From sequence record PX246730.1: 64,000 nt of DNA. One strand, written 5' to 3'. Below, one piece after another: positions 34,237-53,427 of this stretch (within the stretch, counting starts at the first letter, position 1; each line of letters opens with the position of its first letter). The notes under the pieces were generated by a model. It was not told where the DNA came from. It searched no databases and saw nothing but the letters and a program-made list of their open reading frames with translations. Position numbers and translations under genes: made by a program. Origin of the DNA: a phage.

Positions 34237-35583
34237 ATGAGTTCGAATATCTTCAGACTTGCTGATAGATTATTCAACCAACCTTTACTAGCCACTGAAT
34301 CATTAGCTCACTCAGCAGCAACTTATGTGAATAACAGATTGCTGGGTGATGTCCAAGCAGCAGTAAACTTTGATAAACCCAAAGGTGAAGCAAGAAGTCT
34401 TTTAAAAGTAAAAGATGACATTGCTATTATCCCTATTATGGGTGGTTTAACCCATCGCATGACATTCATTGATGCAATGTGTACAGGTGGATTAAGCTCT
34501 TATGAGGGTTTACGTAGAGGCTTTGACGAAGCTTTAGCAGATGAGTCAATTAAGACTATCGTTCTGCATATTGATTCAGGTGGTGGTGAAGCTTCAGGTT
34601 GCTTTGAATTAGCACGTCACATTATGGCTTCAAGAGGCCAAAAGAAAATTATTGCTTATGTAGATGAGTTCGCTTGTTCCGCTGCATACGCTCTTGCATC
34701 TTCTGCTGAAGAAATTATTGCATCACCAGATGCAGATGTTGGTTCTATTGGTGTAATTATGGTTCATCAGGAATTAACTAAGGCATTTGAAAAGAATGGC
34801 GTAACAATTAACGTCATCAAAGCTGGTGAGTTTAAAGGTATGGGTTCACCATTCCAAGCACTTTCAGAAGAAAGCAAAGAAAGACTTCAAAAGAGAATTA
34901 ATGATACCTACGCAACCTTTACAGGTTTTGTAGCCGAATCCCGTAATCTCTCTGAAGAAGCTGTAAAGAATACTGAGGCGAATGTTTATTCTGCTCAGGA
35001 AGCTCTTGAACTTGGTTTAATTAACTCAATCATGTCTCAAGATGATTTCTTAAATTACTTACAAGGTTCTGAAGAGGCTCCTGTAAGTTTAAACGTTAAC
35101 AATTCAGGTGAAGAAATGACTGAACAAGAAAAGCAAGAACTAGAAGCTTTGCGTCTTCAGGTTGCTCAAATGAAAGCTAAAGAACAGGAAGCTGCTTTGT
35201 CAGATTTGACTAATAAGATTTCTGCTTCTGCTGAAGCTTTTGGATTTGATGCAAAAGAAGCTGCAACGACTATTTTAGGTGCTGGTCTTGATAACCCTCT
35301 GAGTGTTCTGTTTATGAATGCTATGGAAGGTGCTAACCAGAAACTTAATGAAACTATCGCGTCCCATGCTTCTGCAATGGAAGAAAAAGAATCAGAAATT
35401 ACCAAGCTGAAAGAAACTGCTGGTGCTGTTCTTGAACATTCCAACGCTATGGAAGAAGTGGGTAATGACGGTGAAGCTGATTTGGTTGAAGAAGAAAAAG
35501 AACCAGCTAAGAATGCTTCCGAAGACACTGCTGAACAACGCAAACTGGCTCTCCAGAATGCTCTAAAATCTCTTATCAAATAA
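34237..35583 (+). CDS. prohead protease (ClpP/S49-like) with C-terminal coiled-coil scaffold-like region
   Basis: segment IVLHIDSGGGEASG ... DEFACSAAYALAS resembles ClpP-like serine protease; Ala/Glu-rich helical tail. Confidence 0.6.
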   Translation: MSSNIFRLADRLFNQPLLATESLAHSAATYVNNRLLGDVQAAVNFDKPKGEARSLLKVKDDIAIIPIMGGLTHRMTFIDAMCTGGLSSYEGLRRGFDEALADESIKTIVLHIDSGGGEASGCFELARHIMASRGQKKIIAYVDEFACSAAYALASSAEEIIASPDADVGSIGVIMVHQELTKAFEKNGVTINVIKAGEFKGMGSPFQALSEESKERLQKRINDTYATFTGFVAESRNLSEEAVKNTEANVYSAQEALELGLINSIMSQDDFLNYLQGSEEAPVSLNVNNSGEEMTEQEKQELEALRLQVAQMKAKEQEAALSDLTNKISASAEAFGFDAKEAATTILGAGLDNPLSVLFMNAMEGANQKLNETIASHASAMEEKESEITKLKETAGAVLEHSNAMEEVGNDGEADLVEEEKEPAKNASEDTAEQRKLALQNALKSLIK

Positions 35584-35594
35584 GGAACACAATA

Positions 35595-35972
35595 ATGGCA
35601 TATCAAGGTTTTACTAAGTTAGGTAACAGAGAACCTCTGAATGATATCATTCTTTGGGAACAGATTACCCCAACAGGCCACTCTCGCAAAGAGTACACTC
35701 CGGTTGCTTCAACAGAATACCGTGTAGGTGAAGTTCTGAAAGCAGATGGTACTAAGGTTACAGCAGGGCAAGAAGCTCAGGCTGACTCTGTATGTATCGT
35801 TAACTTCTACGCAGACTCACAACTGTCTTATCATGGTCAGTTGAAAGTGGTAGGTATCTACCGTGATGCAGAACTGAAAGACATGCTTACTCTTGAGGCA
35901 AGCGTTGACGCTGCCGCAGTCAAGAAAGCTCTAGCTGCTAAAGGTATTGATTTCGTACCAACTGGCCTGTAA
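35595..35972 (+). CDS. small capsid-associated protein (decoration protein candidate)
   Basis: 125 aa between protease and capsid genes. Confidence 0.35.
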   Translation: MAYQGFTKLGNREPLNDIILWEQITPTGHSRKEYTPVASTEYRVGEVLKADGTKVTAGQEAQADSVCIVNFYADSQLSYHGQLKVVGIYRDAELKDMLTLEASVDAAAVKKALAAKGIDFVPTGL

Positions 35973-36005
35973 TAACAATAATAAGACATTCTGGAGAATT
36001 TTACA

Positions 36006-37118
36006 ATGTTGACTAATTCTGAAAAAAGCAGATTTTTCCTTGCTGACCTGACTGGTGAAGTCCAGTCTATCCCAAATACTTATGGGTATATTTCCAACTT
36101 AGGTCTGTTCCGTTCAGCACCAATCACCCAAACTACTTTCCTGATGGACTTGACTGATTGGGATGTTAGCTTGCTTGATGCGGTAGACCGTGATAGCCGT
36201 AAAGCAGAGACTAGCGCACCTGAGCGTGTTCGTCAAATCAGCTTCCCAATGATGTACTTCAAAGAAGTTGAAAGCATTACTCCTGATGAGATTCAGGGTG
36301 TACGTCAGCCAGGCACTGCAAATGAACTGACTACTGAAGCTGTAGTACGTGCTAAGAAGCTGATGAAGATTCGTACCAAGTTCGATATTACTCGTGAGTT
36401 CCTGTTTATGCAAGCTCTGAAGGGTAAAGTTGTTGATGCTCGTGGTACTCTGTACGCTGACCTGTACAAGCAGTTCGACGTTGAGAAGAAGACTATTCAC
36501 TTCGACCTTGACAATCCTAATGCTGACATCGACGCTGCTATTGAAGAACTGCGTATGCACATGGAAGACGAAGCTAAGACTGGCACTGTAATCAACGGTG
36601 AAGAAATTCACGTAGTTGTTGACCGTGTATTCTTCAGCAAACTGGTTAAGCATCCTAAGATTCGTGACGCTTATCTTGCACAGCAGACTCCACTGGCTTG
36701 GCAACAGATTACTGGTTCTCTGAGAACTGGTGGTGCTGACGGCGTTCAGGCTCATATGAACACTTTCTACTACGGTGGTGTTAAGTTTGTCCAGTACAAC
36801 GGTAAGTTCAAAGACAAGCGTGGTAAGGTTCACACTCTGGTTAGCATTGATGGTGTTACTCAGGATGGAACTGTAGGTGTAGGACATGCTTTCCCTAACG
36901 TTTCTATGCTGGGTGAAGCAAACAACATCTTCGAAGTGGCATATGGCCCATGTCCTAAGATGGGTTATGCGAATACACTTGGTCAGGAACTGTACGTATT
37001 CGAATACGAAAAAGACCGTGACGAAGGTATCGACTTTGAAGCTCACTCTTACATGCTGCCATACTGTACTCGTCCTCAGTTGCTGGTAGATGTTCGTTCT
37101 GACGCTAAAGGCGAATAA
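36006..37118 (+). CDS. major capsid protein
   Basis: 370 aa, position after protease/decoration genes; strong RBS. Confidence 0.6.
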   Translation: MLTNSEKSRFFLADLTGEVQSIPNTYGYISNLGLFRSAPITQTTFLMDLTDWDVSLLDAVDRDSRKAETSAPERVRQISFPMMYFKEVESITPDEIQGVRQPGTANELTTEAVVRAKKLMKIRTKFDITREFLFMQALKGKVVDARGTLYADLYKQFDVEKKTIHFDLDNPNADIDAAIEELRMHMEDEAKTGTVINGEEIHVVVDRVFFSKLVKHPKIRDAYLAQQTPLAWQQITGSLRTGGADGVQAHMNTFYYGGVKFVQYNGKFKDKRGKVHTLVSIDGVTQDGTVGVGHAFPNVSMLGEANNIFEVAYGPCPKMGYANTLGQELYVFEYEKDRDEGIDFEAHSYMLPYCTRPQLLVDVRSDAKGE

Positions 37119-37139
37119 TATTCTTAAGGAGGGTTATGA

Positions 37140-37589
37140 ATGTGTTATACAGGCGACCCAGCCAATAACCCTCTTGATAGAGTAAGAATCCTCTGCACAG
37201 ACACTAATAATGATGAAATTCTTATTGAACAGTCTGTGCTAGAGTGGTTCTATCTAGAATCTGGAAAGGATGAAAAGAAAGCAGCCATCAAAGCTCTTAA
37301 ATATTTACTCTTTCAAGTAGCCAAGATGGGAGATGAGAAGGTTGGTGGTGTTTATTTACGTAACTCTTCCAGATTCAAGTCTCTGAAAGCTGTTTATGAC
37401 GACCTTGTTAAAAGCTCTGTTTCAGGACTACCCTATGTAGGTGGTATTAATCAGTGTGATATTGACATGCGTCGTCATAATCCTTGCTCTGTCAAGAAAT
37501 ACACAGAATATGGTGATGCTGCCAGATACGAAGGCAGAGATTACTGCAACCGTGTTAATGGCGTATTTATTATCGAGCGAGATGAATAA
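37140..37589 (+). CDS. head-tail connector/completion protein candidate
   Basis: position between capsid and sheath. Confidence 0.35.
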   Translation: MCYTGDPANNPLDRVRILCTDTNNDEILIEQSVLEWFYLESGKDEKKAAIKALKYLLFQVAKMGDEKVGGVYLRNSSRFKSLKAVYDDLVKSSVSGLPYVGGINQCDIDMRRHNPCSVKKYTEYGDAARYEGRDYCNRVNGVFIIERDE

Positions 37590-38071
37590 TGGTTAAAAGG
37601 GTTATTCACCCCGCTAGAGCAAAATTAGTCGGGGCTATGAAGAACTTGCAAACGGCTAATGCTCAAGTTGGGTATTTTCAAGAACAAGGTCAACATAGCT
37701 CTGGTTTTTCTTATCCTGCTTTAATGTATTTACAAGAAGTTATTGGGGTTCCTTCAGCTTCTGGTAAAGTATATCGTAGGTTGTTTGAAATCACTATGAT
37801 GCTAAACAAACAGACCTTGTTAGAGCAGACTAAGAAGAATCTATATAAGCAACTTAGTAGTCTTAACACAGACCCTTCAAATACCTTAGAAGCATTTGCA
37901 AAGAATGCTCAAAAGGCAATTAAAAGGGGCTTTGGTAATTCTGCTATCCTCCCTCCTAACGCACCTTCCACAGTCAAGAAAAAAGGCTTTAACGCACCTC
38001 TTGTTGAGACAGGTGACTTAAGAGATAATCTTGCTTATAAAATTTCTACTAAGAAGGGTATTAAGAAATGA
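37589..38071 (+). CDS. head-tail connector/completion protein candidate
   Basis: 160-aa ORF, overlapping starts. Confidence 0.35.
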   Translation: MVKRVIHPARAKLVGAMKNLQTANAQVGYFQEQGQHSSGFSYPALMYLQEVIGVPSASGKVYRRLFEITMMLNKQTLLEQTKKNLYKQLSSLNTDPSNTLEAFAKNAQKAIKRGFGNSAILPPNAPSTVKKKGFNAPLVETGDLRDNLAYKISTKKGIKK

Positions 38072-38469
38072 GACTCTTAAACAGACACAGCTTTGTAGTA
38101 AAGCGTAAAGTCTCTGAAGACGGTTATTACAATGATGATGGTGATTGGGTAGCTTCACAAGATATTGTAGAGGTTAACTGCAAAGGTAATATCCAGCCAT
38201 ACATTAAAGGTTCTGTAAAGAACGGTACACAGATTGCTTTACCGGAAGGTATCAGGCTTACCGATACAAGAATCCTGTATACCACATATAAACTTAGAAC
38301 TTCAGATGATGTAGAGTGGAATGAGTCTGATATTGTTATGATTGATGGTCATGAGTATGAAGTATTTATGACTATGGATTGGTCACAGCAATTAGCCCAT
38401 ACGTCCCATTATGAATATATCATTATTAGAAGGGATAAAATGAATGCAGTTAGAAACAGCAGAACTTGA
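38068..38469 (+). CDS. head-tail connector/completion protein candidate
   Basis: 133-aa ORF. Confidence 0.35.
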   Translation: MRLLNRHSFVVKRKVSEDGYYNDDGDWVASQDIVEVNCKGNIQPYIKGSVKNGTQIALPEGIRLTDTRILYTTYKLRTSDDVEWNESDIVMIDGHEYEVFMTMDWSQQLAHTSHYEYIIIRRDKMNAVRNSRT

Positions 38470-39043
38470 AAAAGGTCTAGTTAGAACCTTAGTGGATGTT
38501 ATTGGTCACAGATTGGCTCGTGATAAGAATAATAGACCAAATGTAATTAGAGCTTACCCTTCTGATAACTCAAATGACAAAGGTTTAAAACCTGACCAGC
38601 CATTTATTACCGTATACTGTCAAGATGCTGCAACACCTTATGGTTGGGTTCTTGATAAGTTTGTTGAGGATGATGTAGTTTGCTACAGAATTGCTTTTCA
38701 GATTCCAGTATTAATTACGGTAAATGGCAAAGGTGCTCACAGTATTATGCTTGAGCTTAAACAAAGATTAGAGATGAGTTCAGTCAGAGATTTAATCCTT
38801 GAAGAAACAGGAGCTACAGTACTGGACACTGGAGCAATCCCAAATGATTACACTTATCTCAATACAGATTTCGAAAATTCTGCACCTCTTGTTGTAACTC
38901 TTGTAAAAAACTCAGTCCTGAAAGATGAACGTGGAAGTATTATTGAGCGTGTCATTGTTGATGGTGAGTTAGTTTATGAAGAAGGACAAGAGCCACCAGA
39001 ATATACTATCCATCTAGATGTAGACTCCAAAGGGGTAAAATAA
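38444..39043 (+). CDS. tail completion/neck protein candidate
   Basis: 199-aa ORF. Confidence 0.35.
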   Translation: MQLETAELEKGLVRTLVDVIGHRLARDKNNRPNVIRAYPSDNSNDKGLKPDQPFITVYCQDAATPYGWVLDKFVEDDVVCYRIAFQIPVLITVNGKGAHSIMLELKQRLEMSSVRDLILEETGATVLDTGAIPNDYTYLNTDFENSAPLVVTLVKNSVLKDERGSIIERVIVDGELVYEEGQEPPEYTIHLDVDSKGVK

Positions 39044-40396
39044 ATGTGGAATCCAATTGTTAATGTAGATATTACATTGAACACCGCAGGAACTACAAGA
39101 GAAGGTTTTGGTTTGCCACTATTCTTAGCTTCAACAGATAACTTTGAAGAAAGAGTACGTGGCTACACTTCCTTAACTGAAGTTGCTGAAGATTTCGATG
39201 AGAGGTCTGCTGCATATAAGGCTGCTAAACAACTTTGGAGTCAGACTCCTAAAGTAACTCAGCTTTATATTGGTAGACGTGCTATGCAGTACACTGTATC
39301 AATTCCTGATGCCGTTGCTGAAAGTACAGACTATTCAATTACTGTAGCTGCTGGCGGTGGAATTTCTCAACCATATCAGTATACAGCACAAAGCTCAGAT
39401 ACTGCTGAGGTAGTTTTGCAACAGTTTAAAACACAGATTGAAGCTGACCCAACAATCAAAGATAAGGTTTCTGTGAACGTAACTGGTAGTGGTGCTTCTA
39501 CCACAATGATTATTACTAAAGCTGGTGATAATGACTTTGTGAAAGTAACAACCACAGCACAGACTGTATATATTGCAGGTACAACTGCTGATACAGCATC
39601 AACTGCTCTGGCAGCCATTGAGGCTTATTCTACCGACTGGTATTTCATTGCAGCAGAAGACAGAACTCAACAGTTTGTCTTAGCAATGGCTTCTGAGATT
39701 CAGGCTCGTAAGAAAATCTTCTTCACTGCTAACTCTGATGTAACAGCACTGCAAGGTACAGAATTAGCCAGTGCAAATGATGTTCCAGCACAGCTTGCTA
39801 AGAGTATGTATACTCGCACAGTTTGCTTGTGGCATCACGCAGCGGCAGAAGACTATCCAGAAATGGCATACATTGCTTATGGTGCTCCATACGATGCAGG
39901 TTCAATTGCTTGGGGTAATGCTCAGTTAACTGGTGTAGCAGCTTCTCTACAACCATCTAATAAGAGACCTCTGACAAGTATTCAGAAGTCTGCTTTAGAT
40001 GCACGTCACTGTAACTTTATTGACCTTGATGGTGGTGTTCCAGTGGTTCGTAGAGGGATTACTTCTGGTGGGGAATGGATTGATATCATCCGTGGTGTTG
40101 ACTGGTTAGAATCAGACCTGAAAACTTCTCTGAGAGACTTGCTAATTAACCAGAAGGGTGGTAAGATTACTTATGATGATACTGGTATTACCCGTATTCG
40201 TCAAGTCATTGAAACCTCTCTGCAAAGAGCAGTCAACAGAAACTTCCTGTCATCTTACACAGTTAATGTTCCTAAAGCCTCTCAAGTTGCTTTGGCAGAC
40301 AAGAAAGCGCGTATCCTGAAAGACGTTACCTTCGCAGGTATCTTAGCAGGGGCTATCTTGGATGTTGACTTGAAAGGTACAGTGGCTTACGAATAA
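39044..40396 (+). CDS. tail sheath protein (by synteny)
   Basis: 450 aa immediately upstream of small tube-size ORF, chaperones and tape measure. Confidence 0.5.
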   Translation: MWNPIVNVDITLNTAGTTREGFGLPLFLASTDNFEERVRGYTSLTEVAEDFDERSAAYKAAKQLWSQTPKVTQLYIGRRAMQYTVSIPDAVAESTDYSITVAAGGGISQPYQYTAQSSDTAEVVLQQFKTQIEADPTIKDKVSVNVTGSGASTTMIITKAGDNDFVKVTTTAQTVYIAGTTADTASTALAAIEAYSTDWYFIAAEDRTQQFVLAMASEIQARKKIFFTANSDVTALQGTELASANDVPAQLAKSMYTRTVCLWHHAAAEDYPEMAYIAYGAPYDAGSIAWGNAQLTGVAASLQPSNKRPLTSIQKSALDARHCNFIDLDGGVPVVRRGITSGGEWIDIIRGVDWLESDLKTSLRDLLINQKGGKITYDDTGITRIRQVIETSLQRAVNRNFLSSYTVNVPKASQVALADKKARILKDVTFAGILAGAILDVDLKGTVAYE

Positions 40397-40411
40397 TAGA
40401 GGTAAATTGGA

Positions 40412-40858
40412 ATGGCTATGTATCAGCAATATTCCCCTAAAGACGTTGTATGTAGCTGGAATGGTATTGCCATTGAAGGCTTTGCCCCAGACTCATTCTT
40501 ACGTCTACAGAGAACATCACCACTTATCACACCAGTTGTAGGTGCGGGTGGTCAGGTTGCTCTGACAAGAAATGCAGACAAGACAGGTACTATCGAGATT
40601 GAGCTAATGCAGACTTCTCTCTCTAACCAGATGCTTTCTGCAATTCAAGCTAAACAAGACAATATGGAACTTGAAGAAGATATCTCTTCTAACTTCGTAA
40701 TCTACGACCCATCAGGCTCTGTTCTGGCAACTGGTATTAATGCTTGGTTGCAGGAATTACCACAGATTGAACTTGGTCGTGACCAGAACTCTAAAACTTG
40801 GATTTTTGGTTGTGAGAAGCTAGACTACACTTCTACAATTCCAGCGTCAAGTGTTTAA
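40412..40858 (+). CDS. tail tube protein (by synteny)
   Basis: 148 aa, followed by strong terminator. Confidence 0.45.
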   Translation: MAMYQQYSPKDVVCSWNGIAIEGFAPDSFLRLQRTSPLITPVVGAGGQVALTRNADKTGTIEIELMQTSLSNQMLSAIQAKQDNMELEEDISSNFVIYDPSGSVLATGINAWLQELPQIELGRDQNSKTWIFGCEKLDYTSTIPASSV

Positions 40859-40870
40859 TAAATCCTATAA

Positions 40871-40903
40871 GGGGGAGACTTTAAAAGGTCTTCCCCTTTT
40901 TTT
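40871..40903 (+). terminator. strong rho-independent terminator after tube gene
   Basis: 9-bp stem GGGGGAGAC/GTCTTCCCC plus TTTTTTT. Confidence 0.8.
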
Positions 40904-40932
40904 GTTTCTTTTAAAAGTATTAAGGAATCACA

Positions 40933-41331
40933 ATGAAAACAGAATTTAGAGTAATTAATGGTAAGAAAGTAAATATCGTTCTGCTTGGGGCAAGAGATGG
41001 TATTAAGATGTCTATGAAGTTGGGTAAAATTGTTGTTCCAACTTTTGCGCAGATGCTGTCAAGTCTGACTGACAAGGGTAAGAAAGAAGCTCCGACGGTT
41101 CCATTCAAAGAGCTTGTTGAAGCTTGTTTTGACAGAATTGAAGAAATTAACCTTGAAGAAATGGCTACCCTGTTATTTCAAGGGGCAACTGTTGATGACT
41201 TCCCACTTAATATTGATACGTACTTCCAAGCAAACTACGGTGAATTTATTGATTACTTAGCATTTGCGCTGGAGGCAAACTTCGGAAGTTTTTTCGAAGC
41301 AAGCATTTTCAAAAGCCTAACTTCTCAGTAA
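40933..41331 (+). CDS. tail assembly chaperone candidate
   Basis: 132 aa upstream of tape measure. Confidence 0.4.
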   Translation: MKTEFRVINGKKVNIVLLGARDGIKMSMKLGKIVVPTFAQMLSSLTDKGKKEAPTVPFKELVEACFDRIEEINLEEMATLLFQGATVDDFPLNIDTYFQANYGEFIDYLAFALEANFGSFFEASIFKSLTSQ

Positions 41332-41333
41332 AC

Positions 41334-41572
41334 ATGGGTAACACTCTACAGACACCACTGACTGATGCTGCTGTAGAGTCAACCTATGAAGAAGCAGACG
41401 AGATGAAATTTGTGCTTGCTATTTATGGTATGGAAGGGTGTAAAGAAACACTTGACCAACTCTTTGCTATGACATTCTCTGATTTATTATCATTGAGACA
41501 ATTTCTTGAAATTCAGAGGTCGTATAAAGAGGAAATTGCTTACAACGAACTTAGAAGAGCAGGAAAAATGTA

Positions 41573-41573
<1 letters not shown>
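41334..41573 (+). CDS. tail assembly chaperone candidate
   Basis: 79 aa upstream of tape measure. Confidence 0.35.
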
Positions 41574-49574
<8,001 letters not shown>

Positions 49575-49576
49575 TA

Positions 49577-50749
49577 ATGGCAGTAGGTGAAATTCAAATT
49601 AGTGCCTTGCCTCAAGCAGCCTTACCAATTGACCTTAGTGATATCTTCCATCTTAAGCAGGGTATTGAGGATAAGAGATGTACTCTTGAGCAATTACTTG
49701 CTCCACACTCAAGCCTAAGAAATAACCCTCATGGTGTTACTAAAACACAAATTGGTTTAGATAATGTTATTAATGCTCTTCAGTTAGTTGCTGCAAATAA
49801 CTTATCAGATATTGTTGATGTATCTGAGGCAAGAGCAAATCTACAGATTATGTCTTCCGAAGAGGTCAATAGTCTTGTTCAACAGCATATTAATGATAAG
49901 AGTAACCCGCACAATACAACTAAGGCACAGGTCGGGTTGAGTAATGTCCAGAACTGGACAACATCTAACCTTTATAATGAAGATGCAGATAAGTACGCTA
50001 CAGCAAGAGCAGTAAATAACTTGTACAAGGCTGTTCAGGCTTCTTATCCAGTAGGTACTATCCATCTTTCTATGAACTCTGCAAACCCTTCTACATATTT
50101 AATTTGTGGAGGTACTTGGGAGTTAGTTTCAAAAGGTAGGGCATTAGTTGGTTATGACTCTGATACAAGACCAGCAGGTTCTGTATTTGGTGCTTCAACT
50201 GTCACTTTGTCAGTTAATAATATGCCTCAACACTCTCACTCTGTATCTCTTAGTGGTGGTGGTCATACCCATAATGCAACTGTGTCAATTTCAGCTTTTG
50301 ACTATGGGACTAAGACTACCAACTCTTTTGACTATGGAACAAAGGATACCAATACAACTGGTAACCATACACACAACGTATCAGGGAACACAAGTACAAA
50401 TGGCACTCACAACCATGATGTATACCCTAGAGAAAATGATGGTACTGGTAATGCTGTAGCTGACTCTGATGGTGGTGGTGCATGGAGAACATCAAGAACT
50501 TCTAGTGACGGTGCACACTCACATAGTTTTAGCGTTACATCTGGTACATCTGGTAACCACAGCCACTCTGTAGGTATTGGTGCTCACAGCCACACAGTCG
50601 GTATTGGTTCACATACACACAGTGGTACTGTGACAGTTTCTTCTTCTGAGCATACACATAGTGGGAACACTAACAGTGTTGGTGGAGGTCAGGCAGTTAA
50701 TATTGAACAGCCATCCTTCGTACTATATGTGTGGCAGAGAACAGCTTAA
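49577..50749 (+). CDS. tail fiber protein with His-x-His repeat C-terminal domain
   Basis: repeats GGHTHN, GNHTHN, GTHNHD, AHSHS, NHSHS, AHSHT, SHTHS; C-terminus homologous to next ORF. Confidence 0.6.
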   Translation: MAVGEIQISALPQAALPIDLSDIFHLKQGIEDKRCTLEQLLAPHSSLRNNPHGVTKTQIGLDNVINALQLVAANNLSDIVDVSEARANLQIMSSEEVNSLVQQHINDKSNPHNTTKAQVGLSNVQNWTTSNLYNEDADKYATARAVNNLYKAVQASYPVGTIHLSMNSANPSTYLICGGTWELVSKGRALVGYDSDTRPAGSVFGASTVTLSVNNMPQHSHSVSLSGGGHTHNATVSISAFDYGTKTTNSFDYGTKDTNTTGNHTHNVSGNTSTNGTHNHDVYPRENDGTGNAVADSDGGGAWRTSRTSSDGAHSHSFSVTSGTSGNHSHSVGIGAHSHTVGIGSHTHSGTVTVSSSEHTHSGNTNSVGGGQAVNIEQPSFVLYVWQRTA

Positions 50750-50795
50750 TTTCTTTACAGGGGCTTTATAGCCCCTTTTAAGAGGAAAAATTATA

Positions 50796-53153
50796 ATGGC
50801 AGATTACAAGTTGAGTGAATTAAACTCAATTGATACAATTCGTTCAGATGACCTTCTTCATGTCAGGGTTAAAAAGAGACCTGAGATGTTGGGTGATGAA
50901 GACCGTCGAATGACCTATCAAGACTTCTTAGCATCTTTTAAACTTGAAAGATTTGTTCAGATTGCTGGTAGTACTATGACGGGTGACTTAGGGATTGTTA
51001 AGTTACTTTATGGTGGTAAGGCAGTATTTGACCCTACAGGTTCTTCTGAAATTACTATTGGGGATGTTTTAAAGACTTTTAAACTTAACGCAAGTGGTCT
51101 TAAACTAACTATTGCAGATGCTTCAAGGTCAGCAACTGTTTATCATACTCTGAATAAGCCAAGTCCTAATGAGCTTGGTATGAGAACTAATGAAGAGAAT
51201 GACGCAAGATATGCAAGACTTGCTGTAAATAATACCTTCAGGGGCACTCAAACTATTTTATCTGATAATGAAGCACTTATTGTTAAGAATAACACACAGG
51301 GTATGCCACTAGGTATTCGTGGTCGAGATGCAGATGGAGCTAATAGATGGTATTTTGGCAATGATAATAGAGACTCAAATACTCTTGTATTATCGAATGT
51401 AAAGACTGGTGTTTCAATTGGTATTCTTGAAAATTTGGTGTCAGTCAACAGAACTCTTCAAATTGCTGGTCAAGTTCAGCCTTCAAGTTTTGCTAACTTA
51501 GATGCTAGATACTTTACTCAGACGGCAGCTAATCAGAGATTTGCACAGTTAGCTGCTGATAATACTTTCAGAGGCGCGAACACATTTACCCGACTAAGTG
51601 TTTTCAAAAAAGATGGTGAGGCGATTAGGCTACAGAATAACAATGCTACACAGCCATTGTACATTATGGCGATGGATAGCGAAGGTGCCAAAAGATGGTA
51701 CGTTGGTAATACTGATAGTAGTGGTAACGTAGTTCTAGAAAACTACAAAACTGGTGGAAAAATTACTGTAGGGACAAGTGTTAATATCAATAAAACACTA
51801 ACTGTAACTGGTCAGGTTCAGCCTTCTGACTGGGCTAACATTGACTCTAGATACATTCCAGCAGCTACTTTGAGTAATCTTGCTAAACTCAGTGACATGA
51901 ATACCTTTAGGTCTGCACAAATTATTACACAAAATGGTTCATTGTTGCGACTAAAAAACACTGTTCAGGATAATGAACTGTACTTGTCTGGTCATAATGC
52001 TGATAATGTGAGAAGGTGGTACATCGGGACTGCTGATAGAACACACCCATCTAGATTCATTATCCACAATGATAAAACTGTGACCACTATTTTTATGGAA
52101 GATGACTTTTTGCTAAATAAAACTGTAAGGATTACTGGTCAAGTTCAGCCTTCAGATTGGGCTAACATTGATGCAAGATACTACGGTAAATCAGAAACTG
52201 ATTCGAAGTATTTCTGGTCAGCATCCAGAGGTCTGGTAGAAGAGACTGAAGGTGGTGTAGCTTGGAATCAACCTTCAGGAATCTATCTTGAGACAACTGA
52301 GACTGGTTGGTCAAACCGCTTAGTCTTGCACCTGTTTGCTAATACGACAGCATCGACACCATCTGCACAATTAAGGTTTGATTACAGAAATGGTGGAATG
52401 TGGTATAGAACAGCCAGAGATGCAAATGGTTTTGAGATTGAATGGTCTAGGGTTTACACTAGCGCCGACAAACCAACCCCTGCTGAGATTGGTGCATACA
52501 CTAAAGCAGAAACTGACCAGAAGATTGCACAGGCAATTAGTGACTCCACAGACCTTAATAAAATCTATCCAGTAGGTATTGTAACATGGTTTAATAGTAA
52601 TGTTGACCCTAATACAGCACTACCTGGGTTAACTTGGACGTACCTTAACAATGGTGTTGGTAGGACTATCAGGATTGCAGCAGCAAATGGTTCAGATGTT
52701 GCTACAACTGGTGGTTCAGATTCTGTGACGTTAGCTGTTGGTAACTTACCATCACACACCCATAGTTTCTCTGCAACTACTTCATCTTTTGATTATGGTA
52801 CGAAGGGAACTAACACTACGGGTGGACACACTCACTCTGGTAGTGGTTCTACTAGCACAAATGGTGAGCACACCCACTACATTGAGGCGTGGAACGGTAC
52901 TGGTAGAGGTGGTGATAAGATGTCATCATATGCCGTATCATACAGGACGGGTGGGAGTTATACTAATGCAGCAGGGAACCACAGTCATACTTTCTCTTTT
53001 GGTACTAGTGGTGCTGGTGACCATTCCCACTCTGTAGGCATTGGTGCTCACAGCCACACAGTTAGTGGTAACACTGGTGGTACAGGTTCTGGTTCAGCAT
53101 TTAGTGTTACTAACCAGTTCTACAAGTTAATGGCTTGGGTAAGAACTGCTTAA
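50796..53153 (+). CDS. long tail fiber protein with three tandem ~105-aa repeats and His-x-His C-terminal domain
   Basis: repeat ends [16 protein letters not shown] occur three times; C-terminal [19 protein letters not shown] ... AHSHTVSG. Confidence 0.65.
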   Translation: MADYKLSELNSIDTIRSDDLLHVRVKKRPEMLGDEDRRMTYQDFLASFKLERFVQIAGSTMTGDLGIVKLLYGGKAVFDPTGSSEITIGDVLKTFKLNASGLKLTIADASRSATVYHTLNKPSPNELGMRTNEENDARYARLAVNNTFRGTQTILSDNEALIVKNNTQGMPLGIRGRDADGANRWYFGNDNRDSNTLVLSNVKTGVSIGILENLVSVNRTLQIAGQVQPSSFANLDARYFTQTAANQRFAQLAADNTFRGANTFTRLSVFKKDGEAIRLQNNNATQPLYIMAMDSEGAKRWYVGNTDSSGNVVLENYKTGGKITVGTSVNINKTLTVTGQVQPSDWANIDSRYIPAATLSNLAKLSDMNTFRSAQIITQNGSLLRLKNTVQDNELYLSGHNADNVRRWYIGTADRTHPSRFIIHNDKTVTTIFMEDDFLLNKTVRITGQVQPSDWANIDARYYGKSETDSKYFWSASRGLVEETEGGVAWNQPSGIYLETTETGWSNRLVLHLFANTTASTPSAQLRFDYRNGGMWYRTARDANGFEIEWSRVYTSADKPTPAEIGAYTKAETDQKIAQAISDSTDLNKIYPVGIVTWFNSNVDPNTALPGLTWTYLNNGVGRTIRIAAANGSDVATTGGSDSVTLAVGNLPSHTHSFSATTSSFDYGTKGTNTTGGHTHSGSGSTSTNGEHTHYIEAWNGTGRGGDKMSSYAVSYRTGGSYTNAAGNHSHTFSFGTSGAGDHSHSVGIGAHSHTVSGNTGGTGSGSAFSVTNQFYKLMAWVRTA

Positions 53154-53232
53154 TCCCTTGTTGACTGATTGTTAAGATGGTGTTAATATTCTTTATAGGT
53201 ATTCTCACCATCTTGGCTGATGAGGTGATTAA

Positions 53233-53427
53233 ATGCCTACAATCCTAGCAATTCTTCTAAAAAATCTAGGTAGCTTCTTCTGGAAACTCATTTTATCCCT
53301 TCTAAGTGAATACATGATTGAGAAAGTGTTCTTTAAGCTTGCAAGATACCTTGCGAGTAAAACAGACACACCTATTGATGATGAGTTCGTAGATAACTTA
53401 GAAAAAGCTTTTAAGGGGGAGAAATAA
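53233..53427 (+). CDS. small membrane protein (holin-like candidate)
   Basis: 64 aa, hydrophobic N-half. Confidence 0.3.
   Translation: MPTILAILLKNLGSFFWKLILSLLSEYMIEKVFFKLARYLASKTDTPIDDEFVDNLEKAFKGEK

Noticed and set aside
36114-37046. 310-aa minus-strand ORF
   Set aside because: Antisense to the major capsid gene, hydrophobic and low-complexity, no independent support.
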